This document shows positions 56,577 to 64,000 of a stretch of 64,000 bases of DNA, in pieces. Source of the DNA: Polyangiales bacterium. GTDB lineage: Bacteria; Myxococcota_A; Polyangia; Polyangiales; Houyiibacteriaceae. Under the pieces are notes generated by a model, which worked only from the letters and a program-made list of their open reading frames with translations, did not search any database and was not told where the DNA came from. The stretch covers positions 206,817-270,816 of the forward strand of contig JBGCFM010000039.1 of assembly GCA_045106895.1 (NCBI GenBank), in the 5' to 3' direction. Both the position numbers and the translations under genes were made by a program. Position 1 is the stretch's first letter. Each line of letters opens with the position of its first letter.

Positions 56577-56676
56577 GGGCTGAACGTGGCGAAAAACACC
56601 CTCCTCCGCAAGGCCCCGGCCCAGAAGACCCCCGCGATGCGTGCTGGATCGGCGAGGAGCTTCTATAGTCCGCGCC

Positions 56677-58701
56677 ATGGATAACCCGCTCCTCTCCCTG
56701 CCCCTCACCGCTCCCGCCGGCCAGGCCCCGGAATTGCCCCTCGACAAAGTACGAGCCGAACACGTGGTCCCGGCCATCGAGGCACTCATCGAGAAGGCCC
56801 TGGACGCGATCGGCGCCATCAGCACGGGCGAAGCGACCTATGAGGGCACTCTGGGCGCGTTTGAGCATGCTAGCGAAGAGCTCGATCTGGCGATGACGAT
56901 CGTCTCGCATTTGGAGTCCGTTGCGACGTCTCCGGAGATGCGAGAAGCCCACGAGAAGGCGCAGATGCTCGCGAGCACGTTCTACGCCTCCATTCCGCTC
57001 AACGCAGACCTCTACGCAGCCTTCGTCGCCTTCTCGAAGACGGCCGAGGCGAATGGCCTCGACGCGGTGCGAGCACGGCTCCTCGACAAGACCCTCGCCA
57101 GCTTCAGGCGCAACGGTGCCGAACTCGACTTTGCGGGCAAAGCGCGCCTTGAGACCCTCGCGAGTGAGCTCTCCCAGCTGACGACGCGCTACTCCCAAAA
57201 CGTCCTCGATGAGACGAACGCGTTCGAGCTCATCGTCACAGAGGAGTCCAAGCTCGCCGGTCTCACCGAAGCCGCAAAGAAGGCGGCGCGGGCGTCAGCG
57301 GAGTCGAAGAACGTGGAAGGCTGGCGCTTCACGCTCCAAGCGCCGAGTTACCTCGCCGTGATGATGCACGCCGACGACGCCTCTATGCGCGAGAGCGTGT
57401 GGCGGGCGTACAGCACGCGCGCCACATCCGGCGAGCGAGACAACCGCGCCCTGATTTGCGACATCCTGCGTCTCCGCGCCGAGAAAGCGAAGCTCCTCGG
57501 TTTCGCCGACTTCGCGGACCTCATCCTGGAAGACCGCATGGCTAAAAGCGGACAAAAGGCAAGCGAGTTCGTCGACACGTTGCGCGAGAAAACCCGCGCG
57601 GCTTTCGTTCGTGAGACCGCGGACCTCGCTCGCTTTCAGCAAGAATCCGGTGGCACCTCCCTCGCGCCTTGGGACGTCTCCTACTACGCAGAAAAGCTCC
57701 GAAAAGCCCGCTTCGACTTCGACGACGCGGCGCTTCGTCCGTACTTCTCTGTGCCGAGTGTTCTCCAAGGCGCGTTCAAAATCGCCACGGAGCTCTACGG
57801 AGTTCGCATCGAGGAGTTCGAGGCGCCTGCCTGGCACGAGGATGTCGACTGCTACGGCATCTACGAAGGCGAGCGGCTCCTGGCGACCTTCTTCGTCGAC
57901 CTCTTCCCGCGGGAAACGAAGCGCGGCGGCGCTTGGATGAATGGCCTTCTCTACGGCGAGGGCAGCGCGCCACACATCGGCCTCTTCTGCGCGAACATGA
58001 CACCCCCCGTGGGCGACGCCCCCGCCCTGTTGACGCACCGCGAGGTTGAAACGCTCTTCCATGAGTTCGGGCATCTGCTTCATCACGCGCTCAGCGACGT
58101 GAGCGTGCCCTCTCTTGGTGGCACCAACGTCGCCTGGGACTTCGTCGAATTGCCCTCGCAAATCATGGAGAACTTCTGTTGGGAACGTAAGACCCTGGAT
58201 CTCTTCGCGCGCCACTACGAAACCGGCGAAGCCATTCCCGAAGCCCTCTTCGAGAAGCTCGTCGCAGCGCGCACCTATCGCGCCGCAACTGCCCAAATGC
58301 GCCAGCTCGGATTCGCCACGACGGACCTTCGCCTTCACCGGGACTTCGACCCCACAGAGGGCCCGGACGCGATGTTCAAGTTCGCCCGGGGTATCCTCGC
58401 GGATCATTCCACGACGCCCCTGCCGGACGACTACGGCATGATCTGCGGCTTCACGCACCTCTTCGCGAGCCCGGTCGGCTACGCCGCTGCGTACTACTCG
58501 TATAAATGGGCCGAGGTCCTCGACGCCGATGCCTTCACACGCTTCGCGGACAACGGAGTTCTCAGCGCGACTGTCGGCGGCGAGTTCCGGGCACGTCTGC
58601 TTTCGAAAGGAAACAGCGCAGACCCGGAAGAGCTCTACAAGCAGTTCATGGGCCGCGAGCCTTCGATGGACGCGCTCCTCTCACGCAACGGCCTCTTGTA
58701 G
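56677..58701 (+). CDS. prlC: Oligopeptidase A (M3 family)
   Basis: MDNPLL, KRGGAWM, TLFHEFGHLLH (HEXXH), WDFVELPSQIMENF, YAAAYYSYKWAEVLDADAF. Confidence 0.92.
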   Translation: MDNPLLSLPLTAPAGQAPELPLDKVRAEHVVPAIEALIEKALDAIGAISTGEATYEGTLGAFEHASEELDLAMTIVSHLESVATSPEMREAHEKAQMLASTFYASIPLNADLYAAFVAFSKTAEANGLDAVRARLLDKTLASFRRNGAELDFAGKARLETLASELSQLTTRYSQNVLDETNAFELIVTEESKLAGLTEAAKKAARASAESKNVEGWRFTLQAPSYLAVMMHADDASMRESVWRAYSTRATSGERDNRALICDILRLRAEKAKLLGFADFADLILEDRMAKSGQKASEFVDTLREKTRAAFVRETADLARFQQESGGTSLAPWDVSYYAEKLRKARFDFDDAALRPYFSVPSVLQGAFKIATELYGVRIEEFEAPAWHEDVDCYGIYEGERLLATFFVDLFPRETKRGGAWMNGLLYGEGSAPHIGLFCANMTPPVGDAPALLTHREVETLFHEFGHLLHHALSDVSVPSLGGTNVAWDFVELPSQIMENFCWERKTLDLFARHYETGEAIPEALFEKLVAARTYRAATAQMRQLGFATTDLRLHRDFDPTEGPDAMFKFARGILADHSTTPLPDDYGMICGFTHLFASPVGYAAAYYSYKWAEVLDADAFTRFADNGVLSATVGGEFRARLLSKGNSADPEELYKQFMGREPSMDALLSRNGLL

Positions 58702-58704
58702 AGC

Positions 58705-60177
58705 ATGCCGACGCGTTTGAACGCCCTCCTCGTCTTCTTGCTCTGCGCCTGCGGCGGGGGGCAGACGGCGGCGACAACGACGACTCCACAGCCCGATCCC
58801 GAAGAGCCTGAGACTACGCAAGCCCCGGCCATTCCTCCGCTGCGAAATGCGCAGGGCCCAGGTTGGTTGTTGCGAGACGGAGTGTTCACGAGCGCAGTGA
58901 GTGGGATTCGAGTGCGCGACGACGAGTCGTGGCACTTCTCCCGTGACCCGGCTTCGACTCCGCGTGCCGTCGACTTCGCCCTCCGGCACCCGTCCGGCGT
59001 AACCTTCAGCGCCCACGGCTTCGACACCTACGAGGAAGTCTCAAGCGAGATCCTCGGCGCATTCCACCCGGCCCTCGATGAGGCCCTCGGCCCCGGTGGC
59101 GCTGAGGTCGTCATCGACGCCGGCGATGACGCCATACGTCTGCTTCAGCACGAGCGAAACGGCTCCGGGGTCTACGCGGGCATTCACGTCGTCGGGACTC
59201 GCATGCTCTACTTTCAGATTACGTACCCGGCTTCTGCGTTGCCGGAGCTCGACGCCATCATCGCTTCGCTTCCTCCGGTGCAGATTTTGCGTGGTGAAGA
59301 GCTTTCCGCAGTTGTGGAGCAGGCCCGGCAGATCACGACCTCGCGCGTGTCGCTGCAGGCGTCCCTTCGAGAGAACGAGTTTCACGACTTCGAGTCCGGC
59401 ATTCGTCTGTCTCTTTATCCCGGCGTTTGGCAGGCGGCCCTAGGCCAAGGCGCGCTCGTGACGGCGACGGAGCGACTCGACAACGTGACCATCACGCTCG
59501 GGCATACGCGCGCCGCCGACGTGAGCGCAGAGGTGGCCCATGACGCGTTGCGCGCTCAGGTATTCGGCGAAACAGAGGTCGCGCCCGCACAAAGCACCGT
59601 GTTCGGGAGTGAAGGTGCGCTGGTGAGCGAGGCGCTCATCGAAGGCGTCACGCCGGAGCTCCGGCGCGCCATCAGCGTCATCCGAAACGAAGAAGTGATC
59701 TGGTGGCAGGTGGCGGCTCCACGCGCGGCTTTTGAGGCCGCTCGGGAGCGGATCCTGGCCCTTGAAGCGAGCCTGCGTTTCGAAGAAGCCAGAGAGACCA
59801 CGCAAGTTGAAGCGAGTCGAATCATCGACCGGCGGTTTGGCGTGGAGCTGCCAGTTCCGGAGGGATATACCCCGACGCCCATCTCGGCGCCTACGCACAG
59901 CGCCTATCTGCTGCAGAACGGTGCCAATGAGCTGGCGCTCTTCCTTCTGCCTCAGTCGGACGCGGCGGCGGCGCACCTGACGCGCCTGCGCGAGCGCACG
60001 CGCGCTGACCTGGGCGAGCCCAGCAGCGAGACCGAAAGTGAACTACGTTGGGAAGACGGGCAGCACTTTGTAGTCCGCGAGATCAATGGCTGCTTCGTCG
60101 TCGCAATCCAGCTCTTCGCAGGCAACGCCGCGGAAGCCGTCGTGACCGGGGCTCAGACCGTTTCTTCCCCTCCCTGA
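58705..60177 (+). CDS. Hypothetical lipoprotein
   Basis: Lipobox LCA-C. Three loosely repeated D..G..l modules. Starts 3 bp after the prlC stop. Confidence 0.7.
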   Translation: MPTRLNALLVFLLCACGGGQTAATTTTPQPDPEEPETTQAPAIPPLRNAQGPGWLLRDGVFTSAVSGIRVRDDESWHFSRDPASTPRAVDFALRHPSGVTFSAHGFDTYEEVSSEILGAFHPALDEALGPGGAEVVIDAGDDAIRLLQHERNGSGVYAGIHVVGTRMLYFQITYPASALPELDAIIASLPPVQILRGEELSAVVEQARQITTSRVSLQASLRENEFHDFESGIRLSLYPGVWQAALGQGALVTATERLDNVTITLGHTRAADVSAEVAHDALRAQVFGETEVAPAQSTVFGSEGALVSEALIEGVTPELRRAISVIRNEEVIWWQVAAPRAAFEAARERILALEASLRFEEARETTQVEASRIIDRRFGVELPVPEGYTPTPISAPTHSAYLLQNGANELALFLLPQSDAAAAHLTRLRERTRADLGEPSSETESELRWEDGQHFVVREINGCFVVAIQLFAGNAAEAVVTGAQTVSSPP

Positions 60178-60213
60178 GGTGCTGCCTCGCCCGAAGGCTG
60201 CTAGGCGTGGGGG

Positions 60214-61728
60214 GTGACGAAGACCCCTCCGCCCCGGCCTGAGCTGCTCACCGCCGAAGAAGTCGAACAAGCCACGCTTCTCCTGGAGCGCATCGTCGCC
60301 CATCGTGGTTCCCTCGCTGGTCTAAACAACGAGCAGCGCGAGCGCCTGATGATGGCCGCCGGCCGCGCTTCTCGGCCCAACAAAGATCAACAACGAAAGC
60401 TCCACCGGGAGTTCCGTCGACTCAAGCGCGACTCGAAGCGCGCCAAGGACGAGGCCCGGCTTCAAGCCACCGGCATCCGCGAAAAGCGCCGGGATCTCGT
60501 CTACCTGACGCCGGACGCGGAGACCGCAGTTGCAGCGCCACAGAGCGTGGACCCGTCGACTTGGCCGCTCCTGGAAGAAAGCCGAAACTGCTACGTCTGT
60601 AAGAAGGACTTCAACCGACTTCACAGCTTTTACGACCAGATGTGCCCGCCCTGCGCGGCGCTCAACTATCAAAAACGCGGGCAGAGCGCGGACCTGAGCG
60701 GCCGCGTCGCGCTGCTGACCGGCGGCCGCGTGAAAATCGGTTTTCAGATCGGGGTCATGTTGCTCCGCGCCGGCGCCCGCCTGATCGTCACGACACGTTT
60801 TCCACGCGACGCCGCCCGGCGTTATGCCGCAGAGAAGGACTTCTCCCAGTGGGAAGGACGCCTCTCGGTTCACGGTCTCGACCTGCGTCACACGCCGAGC
60901 GTGGAAGCATTCGCTCAGCACCTCATCAACACCGAAGAGCGACTCGACTTCGTCGTGCACAACGCCTGCCAGACCGTGCGCCGGCCGAGCGCTTGGTACG
61001 GACACTTGATGGAGGGGGAGCGAAAGGCAGCGGAATCACTTCCTGCACCCGAGCGTGAGATCCTTGCGAGCTACGAGGCACTCGTCGTGGCGAAGGAGTC
61101 CCTGACACGGGAAACCGTAGGTTGGACGAACGCCCCGGCGCTGAGTCAGCTGGCGCTCCTGGAAGAAGACCTCGAAGGCGGTGAGGAGCTCTTCCCCCTT
61201 GGCGCTCTCGACCAGGACCAACAGCAAATTGACCTTCGCGCCAAAAACAGCTGGCGATACCGACTCCATGAGGTCCCGACGGTCGAGCTTCTTGAGGTCC
61301 TGCTCGTCAACGCGACGGCGCCCTTCGTTCTGAACGCCCGCCTCAAGCCCTTGATGGAACGAGTGCCCTCGCAGGACAAACACATCGTCAACGTCAGCGC
61401 GGTTGAAGGTCAGTTCTACCGAACGCAGAAGACGGACAAACACCCTCACACGAACATGGCCAAGGCCGCGCTGAACATGATGACGCGGACGGCCGCACCG
61501 GACTATCACAAGTCGGGCATCCACATGAACAGCGTCGATACCGGCTGGGTCACGGATGAAGACCCGGTCCAGATCGCCGAGCGAAAACGAGAGGTCCACC
61601 GTTTCCATCCACCACTGGACATCGTCGACGGTGCGGCACGGGTACTCGACCCCATCTTTCATGGCATCGAGACCGGTGAACATGTGTGGGGACAGTTCCT
61701 CAAGGACTACGCGCCCACGAAGTGGTGA
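60214..61728 (+). CDS. Atypical SDR-family oxidoreductase with N-terminal CxxC-CxxC finger
   Basis: CYVC...CPPC, ALLTGGRVKIG, VVHNA, IVNVSA, HPHTNMAKAALNM, SVDTGWV. Confidence 0.85.
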   Translation: MTKTPPPRPELLTAEEVEQATLLLERIVAHRGSLAGLNNEQRERLMMAAGRASRPNKDQQRKLHREFRRLKRDSKRAKDEARLQATGIREKRRDLVYLTPDAETAVAAPQSVDPSTWPLLEESRNCYVCKKDFNRLHSFYDQMCPPCAALNYQKRGQSADLSGRVALLTGGRVKIGFQIGVMLLRAGARLIVTTRFPRDAARRYAAEKDFSQWEGRLSVHGLDLRHTPSVEAFAQHLINTEERLDFVVHNACQTVRRPSAWYGHLMEGERKAAESLPAPEREILASYEALVVAKESLTRETVGWTNAPALSQLALLEEDLEGGEELFPLGALDQDQQQIDLRAKNSWRYRLHEVPTVELLEVLLVNATAPFVLNARLKPLMERVPSQDKHIVNVSAVEGQFYRTQKTDKHPHTNMAKAALNMMTRTAAPDYHKSGIHMNSVDTGWVTDEDPVQIAERKREVHRFHPPLDIVDGAARVLDPIFHGIETGEHVWGQFLKDYAPTKW

Positions 61729-61760
61729 AACCGGCGCAGCTCGCCACACGCTGCGCCAAG

Positions 61761-61794
61761 AAAAAAGGCCGACTCCCTTTCGGGAATCGGCCTT
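61761..61794 (-). terminator. Rho-independent terminator, probably bidirectional
   Basis: A6 followed by GGCCGA-C-TCCC-TTTC-GGGA-A-TCGGCC-TT between convergent genes. On the minus strand the hairpin is followed by T6. Confidence 0.8.
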
Positions 61795-61817
61795 CGTTCA
61801 TTTGAGCTCGCTCTCGT

Positions 61818-64000
61818 CTAGCGGTTTCGTCGGCGACGAATGAACAGACCGATCAATCCGAGCCCGAGGAGCGGAAGACCAGAGTTGTTCGTTCCGGCAG
61901 AGGCAGAGCACGCGCCGCCGCTGACCGTTCCGCCTTCTTCCCCGGCGTCTCCGCCAGCTCCGGCGTCCATTCCAGGACCCGCGTCGGTCCCAGCCGGCGC
62001 CTCACACATCGCGCTGCCGTTGCACATCTGCGCGCCACATTCGTTTTCAGGGTCAGTCCCAGCTGGATGGGCCGTGCATGCCCCCGAATCGCAACCCTGA
62101 CAAAGGCCGCTGCAGCTTGTGTCGCAGCAAACGCCATCGTCGATGGCACAGAAACCGGATCCGCACTGGTTCGCTCGCTCGCAGGCTGTCCCGTTGTCGC
62201 CGTCGGGCACGCATTCTCCGTCGGCGTTGCAGAACTCATCGCCCACACATTGCGCGTCCGTTGTGCAGCCACCGGCGCAGACGTTCGCGTCCTCACAGGC
62301 GACGCCGCCGGGACATGCCATCGGCTCGGCCACCACGCAGATTGCGCTCATGCAGGTCGATGCGGGCGTGATCGTTCGGTCCATGCAGCTTGGGTCCGAG
62401 CACAACGTGCCGTCGTCAAGAGGGCTGAACTCGGACGTTGCGAGGTCCGGATCACAAATCTGGCAGAGGTTGTCCTCGTCGATGGAGTCCTCGGCGACGC
62501 ATGCGCCGTCGATGAGGCAGCCGCCGTCGAGCACGTTCACACATTCGGCAATGGCCTCTGCGCAGCTATCGACGGTGCAGTCGAGTCCATCATCACAGGC
62601 GCGCATGGTGCCACCGCAGGTTCCGGCGGTGCAGGTGTCGACGTCGGTGCAGAAGGCGCCGTCGTCACACGCCGTTCCATCCATCACAGGGGTGTACGCG
62701 CCCATGTCGACGCTAGGGTTACACGCCATGCAAGGGTTCGTTGGGTCGGGCGCGCCATCCGCAACACACATTCCATCGATGGTGCAGCTCGTCGCCGTCA
62801 GCTCGCTGTTGCATTCGTCCCCCACCTCGTCGCAGGTGTCGAGGGTGCAGCTGAGTCCGTCGGAACAGTCTCTCGTGCTTCCGCCACAGGTACCTTCGGT
62901 GCAAGAATCGCTTTCCGTGCAGAAGGCGCCATCGTCGCAGGCGGTGCCGTTCATCACGTTCGTGTACGCGCTCGTTGATGCGCCTGGGTTACATGCTTGG
63001 CACTGGTTGGACGGGTCGAGAGCGGAGCCAGCAACGCAGGTCCCTCCGATAAGGCAGCTGTCCGCCTGGAGCGTGTTCTCACACGAATCTCCCAGCTCGT
63101 TGCAACTGTCCGTGGTGCAGCTCAGGCCGTCTCCGCAGTCACGAGCGACGCCCGCACAAACGCCAGCGGTGCAGCTGTCCGCCGTCGTGCAGAAAGCGCC
63201 ATCGTTGCAGGCAGAACCGTTGGCGATGGGCGTGTAGGCGCTCGTGCTGGCCGTGGGGTTGCAAGCCATGCACGAGTTGAGTGGGTCCGGCGTACCAGCA
63301 GCGACGCACATACCGTCGATGACGCAACCGGCGCTCACCACGTTGCTGCAGCTATCGGCAACCTCGTTGCAAGAGTCCGCAGTGCAGCTCAGACCGTCTG
63401 CGCAGCTTCGAGCGCCACCACCGCAAACGCCCGCTGTACAGGAGTCCGCCGTGGAGCAGAAAAGACCATCGTCGCACGCGGTGCCATTCGTGACGTTTGT
63501 GAAGCCCGTGAGGTTCGTTGCTGGGTCACAGACCTGACAAGAGTTCGTTGGGTTTGGGGTGCCATCGGCGATGCACGCGAGGCCGACAAGGCAGCCAGGC
63601 GTCGTGACGGCGCTGCAGTCAGCCGCACAAGCGTCGCAGCCAACGACATTTCCATCGTCACACGCTTCCCCAGCTTCTATGGCGCCGTTGCCACAGGTTG
63701 AAGCGGCCATTCGGGTGAACTCAAGGTCGTCTATTAGGTAGCCCTCCGGGCTCACGTCGAATGTCTGGCTCATCGTGACGCGAACGATGCCCAGGCCGTT
63801 CAGGGTGACCAAATCACTTCGATTTGCGCCCGTCGAGGGTCCGATAATGCTCACCATGTCTACGGTTGCCCCCAAATTGTTGAGCGCGAGCACGGTAAGG
63901 CCGTTGTCACCGACACTGCGTGCAACGAACTGCACACGTTGCACGGACGGTGCGAAGTCCATATAGATGTCTGATTGTGTGTTCCGACCTCCGCTGAGCG
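61818..64000 (-). CDS. Cys-rich repeat surface protein with MYXO-CTERM-like tail (5' end outside the window)
   Basis: The frame is open to the window edge. CGNGAIEAGEACDDGN repeat, multiple CDDGxFCT..D.C..G.C units, and tail GGACSAS...LLGLGLIGLFIRRRR. Confidence 0.88.
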   Translation of the reverse strand, partial: LSGGRNTQSDIYMDFAPSVQRVQFVARSVGDNGLTVLALNNLGATVDMVSIIGPSTGANRSDLVTLNGLGIVRVTMSQTFDVSPEGYLIDDLEFTRMAASTCGNGAIEAGEACDDGNVVGCDACAADCSAVTTPGCLVGLACIADGTPNPTNSCQVCDPATNLTGFTNVTNGTACDDGLFCSTADSCTAGVCGGGARSCADGLSCTADSCNEVADSCSNVVSAGCVIDGMCVAAGTPDPLNSCMACNPTASTSAYTPIANGSACNDGAFCTTADSCTAGVCAGVARDCGDGLSCTTDSCNELGDSCENTLQADSCLIGGTCVAGSALDPSNQCQACNPGASTSAYTNVMNGTACDDGAFCTESDSCTEGTCGGSTRDCSDGLSCTLDTCDEVGDECNSELTATSCTIDGMCVADGAPDPTNPCMACNPSVDMGAYTPVMDGTACDDGAFCTDVDTCTAGTCGGTMRACDDGLDCTVDSCAEAIAECVNVLDGGCLIDGACVAEDSIDEDNLCQICDPDLATSEFSPLDDGTLCSDPSCMDRTITPASTCMSAICVVAEPMACPGGVACEDANVCAGGCTTDAQCVGDEFCNADGECVPDGDNGTACERANQCGSGFCAIDDGVCCDTSCSGLCQGCDSGACTAHPAGTDPENECGAQMCNGSAMCEAPAGTDAGPGMDAGAGGDAGEEGGTVSGGACSASAGTNNSGLPLLGLGLIGLFIRRRRNR

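Noticed and set aside
1..64000. tRNA, rRNA, IS/transposase, integrase or prophage genes
   Set aside because: No diagnostic motifs seen in the ORFs or intergenic regions. A tRNAscan or Infernal run would be needed to exclude small RNAs formally.

Overview
This is a GC-rich, gene-dense chromosomal window of about 55 CDS. It is most likely from a myxobacterium (Myxococcota, Polyangiales/Sandaracinaceae-like), inferred from a MYXO-CTERM-like Cys-rich surface protein, many lipoproteins, a Hanks kinase and sigma-54 regulation. Housekeeping genes include glmS (an unusual long variant), purB-purC-purS, murJ, zapA-ygfA, uvrC, yggX, yidD and prlC. Other gene blocks are a 7-gene MoxR/DUF58/SpoIIM/RDD operon, a TetR-M81 peptidase unit, a GS-like/PlsB-like/degenerate GpsA/Fe-ADH cluster and a ZrgBCD-like ABC system with a His-rich loop. 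I found no rRNA, tRNA, transposase, integrase, cas gene or CRISPR array. The most notable observations are: (1) a roughly 500-bp non-coding region between convergent genes (52940-53456), with a perfect 22-bp inverted repeat enclosing nested helices, which is a candidate structured RNA or MITE; (2) zapA and ygfA abut with no room for the usual 6S RNA; (3) an orphan FliA/WhiG-type sigma gene has a sigma-54 promoter and a phased 10-bp repeat array, next to a convergent enhancer-binding protein; (4) a GpsA homologue lacks its catalytic Lys and is coupled to a PlsB-like gene and a gamma-glutamylating GS-like gene. All family assignments come from motif recognition by eye, not database searches.
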